Shown: positions 1 through 8,986, numbered from the stretch's first letter. The stretch is 64,000 nt of DNA from Desulfomonilia bacterium (GCA_963664325.2 CAXXDQ010000003.1:1078563-1142562); one strand, 5' to 3'. Program-made: numbers and translations. Notes: generated by a model not told the origin, from the sequence alone.

Positions 1-2048
1 TGCTGGTTCGGCCCGGCCTCGGCCGTTGGTCCGGTATTGACTGCCGTGATGGTAAGGCTGTCAGCGGCGCTGTACATATCTCCGTCATAAACGACAAGGC
101 TGATCACATAGGTGCCTGGCAGGTCCGGGGTGATGGAAGGATTCACAATGTTGGAGCCGGGAAGAAGTGCTGCATGGCTGCCGTAAGGTGCGCTGGTGAT
201 CGTCCACTCATAGGAGAGCGGTGAGGCTTCAGGGTCTGAGCTTGCGCTTCCGTCAAGGGTTATGGTCTCGCCGGAACCGAATGTGAAGCTGTAGTCAGAG
301 CCCGCTTCGGCCGTAGGTGCGTTGTTGTATACGTTAATCTTCATCGTATCCTGGATGCTGTTTGCTTCGCCGTCATTAACGACAAGGCCGATCACGTACT
401 CGCCTTTCCTGTCGGGCAGGAAGGTCGGATTTGCGATTGCGGTGTTCGATAGCGCGGCAGTGCTGCCGGCCGGGGCCGAGATGATCGTCCAGGCATAGGT
501 CAGCGGGTCGCTGTCCAGGTCGGTTCCGCTCCCGAGGAGCTGGGCCGTCTTGTTGGGGAAGGCTATGGTGATGTCATCGCCGGCCTCGGCCACGGGTGCG
601 TGGTTTGTGGTAGTGATGACCACCTCATCCGGTGCGCTTACAATGCCTTCGCTGCATGTCACGATAAGCTGGATGGTATATATGCCCTTCCTGCTTGGCG
701 TGAAAACCGGATTGACGATTGAAGCATTTGAAAGCTGGCCGATGCCGGTGTCAGGACCGGAAGTTATTGTCCAGGCAAAACTCAGCGAATCGCTGTCCGG
801 GTCTGAGCTGGCGCTGCCGTCGAGCTGGGCCGAAGCGCCGAATTCGATGGAGGCGTCCGCGCCTGCGTTGGCCACGGGAACGTTGCTGGAGCAGGTTACT
901 ATGACCGTGTCCTCGGCGGTAAGGTCGCCGTCGCTCACAGTCAGTTTCATTACATATGCGCCCCTTATATCAGGTGTGAAGGTCGGATTTGCGATGGCCG
1001 CGTTCGATAGAGCTGCAAGACTGCCGGCCGGGGCCGAGGTTATCTCCCAGGCAAAAGTCAGGGTGTCGCCGTCCGGGTCTGAGCTCCCGCTCCCGTTGAG
1101 TGTGGCGGTTCCACCCAGGGGGACGGTGACATCAGCGCCGGCATTGGCAACAGGCGCTGTATTGGTTACAGTGATTGTCAGCGTATCCTTGCCGCTGGTA
1201 AGAAGGCCGTCGCTCACGATCAGGCCTATTACATAAACACCCGTCTTGTCGGGAGTGAATGTCGGTGTGGCGCTGGTGGGATTTAATATTACGGAGGTGC
1301 TGCCGGTTGGTTTCGTGTCGATGGTCCACGCATAGGTCAGTACGGTTTCAGGGTCCGGATCGGAGCTGCCTGTCCCGTCAAGATGGACTGTCCGGAAGAG
1401 GTGGACGGTCTGGTCAGGGCCGGCTTCGGCCGTAGGCGGACGGTTGCCGGTAGAGGCATTGATGGTGACGGTATCCGTAGCTGTCTTCTCGCCGTCGCTT
1501 ACTATAAGGGTGACTGTGTATCCGCCCACTAAATCAGGCGTAAAGGTCGGATTGACTATATAGGGATCGTCGATCGTGGCGGTGCTGCCTGCCGGCGCAG
1601 TGGTGATCGACCAGGTGAAGGTCAGAGGCTGGCTTTCCGGGTCAGAGCTGGAGCTGCCGTTGAGATGAACCGGGATGCTTGGTGTAGCGTTTTGATCAGG
1701 ACCTGCATTGGCAATCGGCGGCAGGTTGGTGACCACGTTCACGTTCCATTGCTTTACGATGATCTTGCCGGAAAGCGAGTCCTTGGTCTGCACCTTCAAT
1801 ATGAAGATGCCCCCGTCCGCTTCAAGGGCCGTGTATTTATAAGAGGCCGTTATGGCGCCGGGTATGACCACATTATTTTTGGACCACTCATAAGGCCCGT
1901 TCATGAAACCAGACACCGTAAAGGTCTTGCTGGCTCCTACGTTCAGTGTGATGGGCACTGATGTTGAAGGGCTGGTGGAAATGATACAGCCGCTCAACCA
2001 TAGGGCCAAAATGGAAAACATGACCAGCAACATTGAATTTCTTCTCAT
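1..2048 (-). CDS. Giant PKD-repeat surface lipoprotein, paralog A (first ~682 codons; the C-terminal part lies beyond the left window edge)
   Basis: Uninterrupted minus-strand frame running off the left edge, so it is absent from the ORF track; the + strand ORFs listed here are antisense shadows. ATG at 2048-2046 with GAGGAGGA a few nt upstream. My translation starts MRRNSMLLVMFSILALWLSGCIISTSPS (signal peptide + LSGC lipobox). Aligns gap-free with 6073-8120 at a constant offset of 6072 nt. Confidence 0.85.
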   Translation of the reverse strand, partial: MRRNSMLLVMFSILALWLSGCIISTSPSTSVPITLNVGASKTFTVSGFMNGPYEWSKNNVVIPGAITASYKYTALEADGGIFILKVQTKDSLSGKIIVKQWNVNVVTNLPPIANAGPDQNATPSIPVHLNGSSSSDPESQPLTFTWSITTAPAGSTATIDDPYIVNPTFTPDLVGGYTVTLIVSDGEKTATDTVTINASTGNRPPTAEAGPDQTVHLFRTVHLDGTGSSDPDPETVLTYAWTIDTKPTGSTSVILNPTSATPTFTPDKTGVYVIGLIVSDGLLTSGKDTLTITVTNTAPVANAGADVTVPLGGTATLNGSGSSDPDGDTLTFAWEITSAPAGSLAALSNAAIANPTFTPDIRGAYVMKLTVSDGDLTAEDTVIVTCSSNVPVANAGADASIEFGASAQLDGSASSDPDSDSLSFAWTITSGPDTGIGQLSNASIVNPVFTPSRKGIYTIQLIVTCSEGIVSAPDEVVITTTNHAPVAEAGDDITIAFPNKTAQLLGSGTDLDSDPLTYAWTIISAPAGSTAALSNTAIANPTFLPDRKGEYVIGLVVNDGEANSIQDTMKINVYNNAPTAEAGSDYSFTFGSGETITLDGSASSDPEASPLSYEWTITSAPYGSHAALLPGSNIVNPSITPDLPGTYVISLVVYDGDMYSAADSLTITAVNTGPTAEAGPNQ

Positions 2049-2180
2049 CGGATCCTCCTCAATTTTGTATGCATGCAACCATAACGGATGCATGCCCTTT
2101 TAAATTCCCTGAAACCCCTCTAACCAAGTTATATATATTGAATAAATAATTCCTTATTTCTTATCTCTTGCAAATCAATC

Positions 2181-2207
2181 AGGGGAAAGGCCTGCGGCCT
2201 TCCCCCT
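2181..2207 (-). terminator. Hairpin terminator candidate downstream of giant lipoprotein B
   Basis: AGGGGAAAGGCC-TGC-GGCCTTCCCCCT forms a 12-bp GC-rich stem with one mismatch, 16 nt past the stop at 2223. On the minus strand it is followed by GATTGATTTGC, only moderately U-rich. Confidence 0.45.
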
Positions 2208-2222
2208 GTTCTGCATCAAGTT

Positions 2223-5200
2223 TTATCTCCAGACTATGTACGTGATGTCATCGAAGAACATTTCGTCGGCACCCGAATATATATAGTCATAACCGGCAAA
2301 GGCTATGGTTGTGGCCTCACCGTTGCAGTTATAAGGTGTCGAGCTGGTATCCCCTCTGTAGGCCCAGGTGTTCTTGGAGAAAGTAGGGGCATCATCAGGG
2401 CCGATCTCTTTCCAGGCTACACCGTCCTTCAGGAGTTTTGTATTAATGCTGGAGCCTCCGAATATATTCGGATACCAGTTCAGCCATAAGCTAACTGAAA
2501 CCAGATAGGCCGGGCTGCCGCCGTTTAAGTTGGTGGTAACTATGGTCGTGTTGGATGAGCCGGAACTTATATTCGAGTGTATGTCGAAGGAATAGCTGGC
2601 GCTATGACTTCTATCACTGGAGATTCTCCTGTCCACAGTTCCGATTGCTGTAGTGATGGCCCAGTCGCCCATGCTGTTGTCATCCCAGTTCTTGGTGACT
2701 GTTACAAGGGCCGCCGTAGTGAGGGTGACTGTGCTGGCGCCGCTGCTTACCGTACCGTCATTCACGGTCAGGCTGATCACGTAGGTGCCCGGCCTGGTGA
2801 GGTTGGCGGTCGGTGTCGCGCTCGTTGGATTGGTAATGGTTGCGGTATTTCCGCTCGTCACTCCGGAGTATGGCGTGAAGGATGTGATCGACCAGGAGTA
2901 GGTCAGCGAGTCGCCGTCCGGGTCAGAGCTGCCGCCGCCATTGAGGCCGACCGCGCGACCGGCGTATGCTATGTTGCTGACGGCAGAACCGGCATTGGCC
3001 GTAGGCGCCCTGTTGGGTGTGGTGATGATCATGGTATCGGCAACGCTGGTGTTAACCCCGTCGGACACGACCAGGCTTAAAGTATAGGAACCTTTCTTGT
3101 CCGGCGTGAATGTCGGATTGAAGATGTTAATGTTGGAAGGCTGTGCAGTGCTTCCTGACGGCCGTGCGGTGACTGACCATGTAGGTGTCAGGGGCTGGCC
3201 TTCATCATCAAAACCGCTCCCGTTCAGTGTCGTTGCTACACCTACGTACAGAGGGTTGACATCAGCGCCGGCATTGGCCGTCGGGGCTGCATTGTAGAAC
3301 ATGATGCTGACCGTGTCGGCTGTGCTTGCGTTGACCCCGTCGTTCACAACCAGGCTGAGCACATACGAACCCTTCACGGTCGGTGTAAAGACCGGACCCG
3401 CTATGTTGGCATTGGACAGCTGGCTGATGCTGGTGTTCGGTCCGGAGGTGATGGTCCACGCGTAGGTGAGCGGCTGGGATTCCGGGTCGGTGCCGCTGCC
3501 GGCAAGTGTTGCCGTGGCGCCTGAACCGGAGAAGAAGACGCTCTGGTTCGAGCCGGCTTCGGCCGTTGGTGCCACGTTGTAGGCCGTGATTGTTACCGCA
3601 TCGGATGCGCTCAGGTTGACACCATCTGATACGACCAGGGTGATCAGGTACGCGCCCTTCTTATCCGGGGTAAGGGTCGGGTGTATCGCGTGGATATCGG
3701 AAAGGGAAGCGCTGCTGCCTGACGGTGAGGATACGATGGCCCAGGTGTAGGTCAGGGTATCGCCCTCCGGGTCGTGACTGGCGCTGCCGTCAAGCGTGGC
3801 CGTCAGGCCTGTGCCGAAAAAGATGTTCTGGTCAGGCCCTGCTTCGGCAGTCGGCGCATTGTTGGGCACGGTGATTGTTAACGTATCGGTTACGGTGTTG
3901 ACCGCGTCGGATACGGAGAGAGTGAGCACGTACGAGCCTGACTTGTCAGGTGTGAAGCTCGGGGTAAGGGTGGACGCGCCGGAAAGTGCGGCGGTGCTGC
4001 CGAACGGTGCGCTGGTGATGGTCCACACATAGGTCATGGGCTTTGATTCAGGATCGGTGGCGGTCCCGCTGAGCGTGGCCAGCGTGTTCCAGGTAACGGT
4101 CTGATTGGAACCGGCATCTATCGTCGGCGCCACGTTGTAGGCCGTTATGGTGACCGCATCGGCGGCGCTTACATTGACCCCGTCGGATACGGTGAGGGTG
4201 ATCAGATATGTACCCTTCTTGTCAGGTGTCAAGCTTGGGGATACAGCAGCCGGGTCGGAAAGTGCTGCTGCGCTGCCCACAGGGGCGCTGGTGATGGTCC
4301 ACGAGTAGGTCAGCGGGTCGCCTTCGGGATCGGAGCTTGCGCTCCCATTAAGGGTGGCCGTTTCACCCAGGCCGAAGAAGATGTTCTGATCGGCACCTGC
4401 TTCCGCTGTCGGCGCATTGTTGGGTACGGTTATGGTTACTGTATCAGTTGCGGTGTTTACACCGTCGGATACGGTCAGTGTGATTACGTATGCCCCGGTC
4501 TTGTTCGGGGTGAAAGAAGGAGATGCTGTGGCCGCGCCGGAAAGTGTTGCTGTGCTGCCTGTCGGGGCCGATGTGATAACCCATGCATAGGTGATCGGGT
4601 ACGCCTCGGGATCGAAGCTACCGCTGCCGTTGAGCGTGGCCAGGGTGTTCCAGGCGACGGTCTGATTGTCGCCGGCCTCGGCATGGGGTGCCGCATTAGC
4701 TGCAGTGATGGTGAGGGTATCCGGGGTGCTGTACGTATCACCATCGTAAACGACAAGACTGACTGTGTACTCGCCCGCCTTATCCGGAAGGAAGGTCGGA
4801 TTGACTATTGTTGAGCTGGAAAGTGCAGCCGTGCTGCCTGCCGGACGGGCGGTGATAGTCCATGCATAGGTCAGAGGCTGGCTTTCCGGATCGGAACTCA
4901 GGCTCCCGTCGAGGTGCGCCAGGGCGCCGTAACCGAAGATAAGGCTGATGTCCGCACCGGCATTGGCTATTGGCGCATTGTTGCTAACGATAACGGTTAC
5001 CGTATCCGCGGCGCTGGTCATGACTCCGTCGGAAACGACAAGGCTGATCACATAGGACCCCGACTTATCTGCGATGAAGGTCGGATTTACGATGGCCGGG
5101 TTGGAAAGTGCAGCCGTGCTTCCTGACGGACGAGAAGTGATGGTCCACGCATAAGTGAGAGAATGGCCTTCAGGGTCAGTGCTGCCGCTGCCGTTAAGGG

Positions 5201-8120
5201 CCACGGTCTGGCCGTGGGCTGCGTTTATATCGGCTCCGGCATTGGCCGTGGGCGCCTGGTTGGTTGCGGTTATTGTAAGGGTGTCGGCGGCGCTGAAGAG
5301 ATAGCCGTCGCTTACGATAAGGCGGATAACATACACACCCTGCAAGGCCGGAATGAAAGCGGGATTGACTATGGCCGCGTTGGAGAACTGGGCAATGCTG
5401 GTGCTTGGTCCGGAGGCTACCGTCCATGCATAGGTGAGCGTTGCGCCGTCCGCGTCGGAGCTGGCGCTTCCGTCAAGGTTGGCTGCGGCGCCGTAGCCGA
5501 AGATGACGCTCTGATCGGCACCGGCTTCTGCAACGGGCTGATGGTTGATAACTGTAATGGTTACCGTATCGGCGGTGCTGAAGAAGGCCCCGTCGGAAAC
5601 GACAAGGCTGATCACGTAAACACCCACCTTGTCAGGCGAGAATGTCGGATTCACAAGGCCCGGGTTGGTTATTATGGCGGTGCTGCCGGCCGGATGCGAA
5701 GTGATAGTCCAGGACCATGAGATTATCATGGTTCCGTTGGGGTCATAGCTCGCGCTTCCGTCGAGGAATGCGGTTTTTCCTGGGAAGCCGAGGCTCTGGT
5801 CAGGGCCGGCATTGGCCACGGGCATATCACCTACGGTAAGGGTGACCTCGTCCGCCGGGCTGTAATCGAACCCGTCAAACACGATCAGAGTGATCCTGTA
5901 TACGCCCTTCTTGTCGGGGGCCAGGCTCGGATTTACGATGGCGGTATTGGATAGTGCTGCGGTACTGCCTGACGGTGCAGAAACGATTTCCCAGGTATAT
6001 GAGAGCGGAAGGCCTGAAGGGGCATGGCTGGCGATCCCGTCAAAATAAGCCGTTATGCCGGGGAAGCCGATATGCTGATCAGGTCCGGCCTCGGCCGTTG
6101 GACCGGTATTGATGGCAGTGATGGTAACGCTGTCCGCGGCGCTGTACAGATCGCCGTCAAACACGATGAGGCTGATCACATAGGTGCCAGGTATGTCGGG
6201 TGTTATGGAAGGATTCACGATGTCCGAGCCGGGAAGAAGCGCTGCCGTGCTGCCGTAAGGTGCGCTGGTTATGGTCCACGAGTAGGCCAGCGTGGTATCG
6301 GGGTCTGGATCAAAACTGGCGCTTCCGTTAAGATGAACCGTCTCGCCGGTGCCGAAAGTAAAGCTGTAATCAGAGCCTGCCTCGGCTGTCGGTGCGTTGT
6401 TGTATACGTTTATAGTGAGTGTATCCTCAATACTGTTTACCTCACCGTCATTTACAATGAGGCCGATCACATACGGGCCTTTCATGTCGGGCAGGAATGT
6501 CGGATTTGTAATAGTCGGGCTGGAAAGCTCCGCAATACTGTCTTCCGGACGCGAGATGATTGTCCACTGGTAGGTCAGCGGGTCGCTGTCCGCATCGGTT
6601 CCGCTTCCGAGAAGCTGGACTGTCTTATTGGGGAAGCCGATGGTGATGTCGCCGCCGGCCTCTGCAACAGGGGCGTGGTTTGTGGTTGTGATGACAACTT
6701 CATCAGGTGCACTGGCAAGGCCTTCGCTGTCGGTCACAATCAGGCTGAGCGTATAGATGCCTTTCCTGCTGGGTGTGAAGACCGGATTAACGATTGTGTT
6801 ATTGGAAAGCTGGCCGATGCCGGTATCCGGTCCGGACGTAATCGTCCAGGCAAAACTCAGAGAGTCGCCGTCCGGGTCTGAGCTGGCGCTTCCGTTGAGA
6901 TTGGCTGTCTGGCCGAATTCGATGGTGGCATTCGTTCCTGCGTTGGCGACTGGCACGTTATTGGAACAGGTTACTATAACAGTGTCTTCAGAGGTAAGGT
7001 CGCCGTCGCTTACAGTCAGTTTAAATCCATATGCACCCCTTACATCAGGATTGAAGGTTGGTGCCGGGCTGGATGCATCGGAAAGAATAGCCAAGCTGCC
7101 GGTCGGCCGTGAGGTGATTACCCAGGCATATGTCAGAATGTCGCCGTCCGGGTCTGAGCTTCCGCTCCCGTTTAGGTTTGCCGTTGAGCCGAACAGGACG
7201 GTGATATCAGAGCCGGCCTCGGCAATTGGTGCGGTGTTGGCTACAGTTATTGTAAGTGTATCCTTGGAGCTGGTCAATTCGCCGTCACTTACTATAAGTC
7301 CCAGCACGTAAGTACCTGTCTTGTCTGGTGTGAATGTCGGCGTTGCGCTGGTGGGGTCTGCTATCCCGGCGGTGCTGCCTTCCGGTTTTGTATCGACTGT
7401 CCAGGCATAGGTTAGAGGCTGGTGTTCGGGGTCGAAGCTCGCAGTCCCGTCAAGAGAAGCTGTCCTGGAGAGGTGGACGGCCTGGTCTGGGCCGGCATTC
7501 GCAGTAGGTGGATGGTTACCGATAAAGGAATTAATGGTGACGGTATCTGTAGCTGTTTTCTCGCCGTCACTTACGATAAGCGTGATTGTGTAACCGCCCT
7601 CTAGATCTGGTGTGAAGGTCGGATTGACGATATATGGATCGTCAATAGTGGCAGTGCTTCCTCCTGGTGCGGTGGTAATAGACCAGGTATAGGACAGAGG
7701 CTGGCTTTCAGGGTCTGAACTGGCGCTGCCGTCAAGCGTAACCAGGGTGCCGGGAGCAACGCTTTGATCTGGGCCCGCATTGGCTGTGGGCGGCAGGTTT
7801 GCTACAACATGCACGTTCCATTGCTTTACAAGTATCTTGCCGGATAGCGAGTCTTTGGTCTGCACCTTCAGTACGAAAATGCCCGCATCCGCCTCAAGAG
7901 CCGTATAGCTATAGGATGCCTTTATAGCCCCGGGAATTACAATATCGTTCTTGGACCATTCATATGGACCATTCATTAGACCGGTCACGGAAAAGGCCTT
8001 TGATGCGCCTACATTGAGTGTGACAGGTGCTGTCGTTGAAGGACTTGTAGAAATGATACAACCACTCAACCAAAGAGCCATAAGCGAAAACATGGCTAAC
8101 AATATTGCATTTCTCTTCAT
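2223..8120 (-). CDS. Giant PKD-repeat surface lipoprotein, paralog B (1965 aa from the MKRN start)
   Basis: 1977-aa ORF in the track. I prefer the internal ATG at 8120 (GGGGG Shine-Dalgarno-like run upstream), giving MKRNAILLAMFSLMALWLSGC (lipobox). Architecture: ~85-aa Ig-like domain, 18 tandem repeats with the motif xANAGxDQ...LDGSxSxDP...LTYxWxITSxPxGS...NPxFTPDxxGxYxxxLxVSDG...DTxTIT (PKD-like), then a ~160-aa unassigned C-terminal domain. Confidence 0.9.
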   Translation of the reverse strand: MKRNAILLAMFSLMALWLSGCIISTSPSTTAPVTLNVGASKAFSVTGLMNGPYEWSKNDIVIPGAIKASYSYTALEADAGIFVLKVQTKDSLSGKILVKQWNVHVVANLPPTANAGPDQSVAPGTLVTLDGSASSDPESQPLSYTWSITTAPGGSTATIDDPYIVNPTFTPDLEGGYTITLIVSDGEKTATDTVTINSFIGNHPPTANAGPDQAVHLSRTASLDGTASFDPEHQPLTYAWTVDTKPEGSTAGIADPTSATPTFTPDKTGTYVLGLIVSDGELTSSKDTLTITVANTAPIAEAGSDITVLFGSTANLNGSGSSDPDGDILTYAWVITSRPTGSLAILSDASSPAPTFNPDVRGAYGFKLTVSDGDLTSEDTVIVTCSNNVPVANAGTNATIEFGQTANLNGSASSDPDGDSLSFAWTITSGPDTGIGQLSNNTIVNPVFTPSRKGIYTLSLIVTDSEGLASAPDEVVITTTNHAPVAEAGGDITIGFPNKTVQLLGSGTDADSDPLTYQWTIISRPEDSIAELSSPTITNPTFLPDMKGPYVIGLIVNDGEVNSIEDTLTINVYNNAPTAEAGSDYSFTFGTGETVHLNGSASFDPDPDTTLAYSWTITSAPYGSTAALLPGSDIVNPSITPDIPGTYVISLIVFDGDLYSAADSVTITAINTGPTAEAGPDQHIGFPGITAYFDGIASHAPSGLPLSYTWEIVSAPSGSTAALSNTAIVNPSLAPDKKGVYRITLIVFDGFDYSPADEVTLTVGDMPVANAGPDQSLGFPGKTAFLDGSASYDPNGTMIISWSWTITSHPAGSTAIITNPGLVNPTFSPDKVGVYVISLVVSDGAFFSTADTVTITVINHQPVAEAGADQSVIFGYGAAANLDGSASSDADGATLTYAWTVASGPSTSIAQFSNAAIVNPAFIPALQGVYVIRLIVSDGYLFSAADTLTITATNQAPTANAGADINAAHGQTVALNGSGSTDPEGHSLTYAWTITSRPSGSTAALSNPAIVNPTFIADKSGSYVISLVVSDGVMTSAADTVTVIVSNNAPIANAGADISLIFGYGALAHLDGSLSSDPESQPLTYAWTITARPAGSTAALSSSTIVNPTFLPDKAGEYTVSLVVYDGDTYSTPDTLTITAANAAPHAEAGDNQTVAWNTLATLNGSGSFDPEAYPITYAWVITSAPTGSTATLSGAATASPSFTPNKTGAYVITLTVSDGVNTATDTVTITVPNNAPTAEAGADQNIFFGLGETATLNGSASSDPEGDPLTYSWTITSAPVGSAAALSDPAAVSPSLTPDKKGTYLITLTVSDGVNVSAADAVTITAYNVAPTIDAGSNQTVTWNTLATLSGTATDPESKPMTYVWTITSAPFGSTAALSGASTLTPSFTPDKSGSYVLTLSVSDAVNTVTDTLTITVPNNAPTAEAGPDQNIFFGTGLTATLDGSASHDPEGDTLTYTWAIVSSPSGSSASLSDIHAIHPTLTPDKKGAYLITLVVSDGVNLSASDAVTITAYNVAPTAEAGSNQSVFFSGSGATATLAGSGTDPESQPLTYAWTITSGPNTSISQLSNANIAGPVFTPTVKGSYVLSLVVNDGVNASTADTVSIMFYNAAPTANAGADVNPLYVGVATTLNGSGFDDEGQPLTPTWSVTARPSGSTAQPSNINIFNPTFTPDKKGSYTLSLVVSDGVNTSVADTMIITTPNRAPTANAGSAVSNIAYAGRAVGLNGGGSSDPDGDSLTYSWSITSFTPYSGVTSGNTATITNPTSATPTANLTRPGTYVISLTVNDGTVSSGASTVTLTTAALVTVTKNWDDNSMGDWAITTAIGTVDRRISSDRSHSASYSFDIHSNISSGSSNTTIVTTNLNGGSPAYLVSVSLWLNWYPNIFGGSSINTKLLKDGVAWKEIGPDDAPTFSKNTWAYRGDTSSTPYNCNGEATTIAFAGYDYIYSGADEMFFDDITYIVWR
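2709..7793 (-). repeat. Array of 18 tandem coding repeats (91-100 aa, about 280 bp each), PKD/Ig-like
   Basis: I delimited the units by hand from the translated protein (aa 122-1816 of the 1977-aa ORF). Each begins (A/P)Px(A/T)(N/E)AG and ends ...DT(V/L)TIT. Units are diverged (roughly 35-75% aa identity), so this is an old array, not a recent amplification. Confidence 0.85.
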
Positions 8121-8190
8121 TGTAACCCCCTGCATTTTATTAGGAGAGCAACACACAAGGCCGCAATCCTTTAACTGCTTGAAACTTTAA

Positions 8191-8275
8191 AACCCTCTAG
8201 ATGCGCGCTACATTAAATTTTTATAGGGGGTAAAATTGTGTTTTTATTAACCCTATAGCTGCGCGCTACCTTAAA
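8191..8275 (-). promoter_or_regulatory. Pair of 27-bp direct repeats upstream of giant lipoprotein B (candidate regulator binding sites)
   Basis: 8191-8217 AACCCTCTAGATGCGCGCTACATTAAA and 8249-8275 AACCCTATAGCTGCGCGCTACCTTAAA are identical at 24/27 positions with a 58-bp period. They lie 71-155 bp upstream of the ATG at 8120. Each has a GC-rich TGCGCGCTA core in an otherwise AT-rich region. Confidence 0.35.
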
Positions 8276-8970
8276 CCAAAATACAACTCTCTGGAACGGT
8301 GATGCTTTGTTAAAATTCCATGTTGATAAATAACAATTTCAAAAAACTAGTAGCGGCAAGCTTCAGGTAATAGACCTCATTAAGATGTATTCAAAAATAA
8401 TTGAACTACAATAAACATATTATATGCAAAATGTATGCAAACCGCCATAGATTTAATTAAATAAAATTGATTATAATTATCAATAAGTTATATATGCAAT
8501 TGAATGGTGACGATTTGTGGTTAATATTTGAAATGGGTAATTTATTACTAATCAAGGAAAATATTTCCATCCGCTGGAAAAAGCCAAAATGAGATGAATT
8601 AACAAAGGGACGTACCTGACATTATAATATCAAATTTAAAATGTTAGGGTGGGGATTTTAATATTATGGAATTGCCAGAACCAATAGGGGACGATCATTA
8701 TATTATGAAAAAAAATGTTACTAATCCGATTGACCATGATTCACATAGTGGTAAAGAATAAGAATCACAAAATTATTAAAAATAGAATGACTAAATAGCA
8801 GGAACGTCCCCAAGTTAAATTTATGCAGGTATAATTCTCCACTTTTATTAAATGTGATGTTTTGCTTAAATAGTATTATCTTTCTTAAAAATTAGAAATT
8901 AATTGCTCATATTTTAATATATTGACTGTTTACATTATGATAACTGATTGAAATATAATCTTTTTAACTG

Positions 8971-8986
8971 TGGCATTTTCATTGCT
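8971..8986 (+). promoter_or_regulatory. Sigma-54 (-24/-12) promoter candidate
   Basis: TGGCAT-TTTCA-TTGCT matches the TGGCAC-N5-TTGCW consensus with correct GG/GC spacing. It lies 136 nt upstream of the ATG at 9122, in an AT-rich noncoding region. Confidence 0.55.

Noticed and set aside
550-7604. Many long + strand ORFs inside the giant lipoprotein genes (for example 550-1236, 2577-3080, 5163-5720, 6024-6881, 6757-7311).
   Set aside because: They lie antisense to a continuous, motif-rich minus-strand frame. Their translations are low-complexity Ala/Gly/Arg/Val-rich strings that echo the repeat period, the usual shadow-ORF behaviour of GC-rich repetitive coding DNA. They have no RBS and no independent motifs.
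2709-7793. Regular ~280-bp periodicity that might suggest a CRISPR-like or satellite array.
   Set aside because: The units are much longer than CRISPR repeats, there is no repeat/spacer alternation, and all units are in one open reading frame encoding a conserved protein domain.
8666-8761. 31-codon ORF (MELPEPIGDDHYIMKKNVTNPIDHDSHSGKE) in the AT-rich control region.
   Set aside because: It has only a weak G-rich stretch upstream and no hydrophobic or otherwise recognisable features. It overlaps one of the GGGACG motifs. The evidence is not enough to call a gene.
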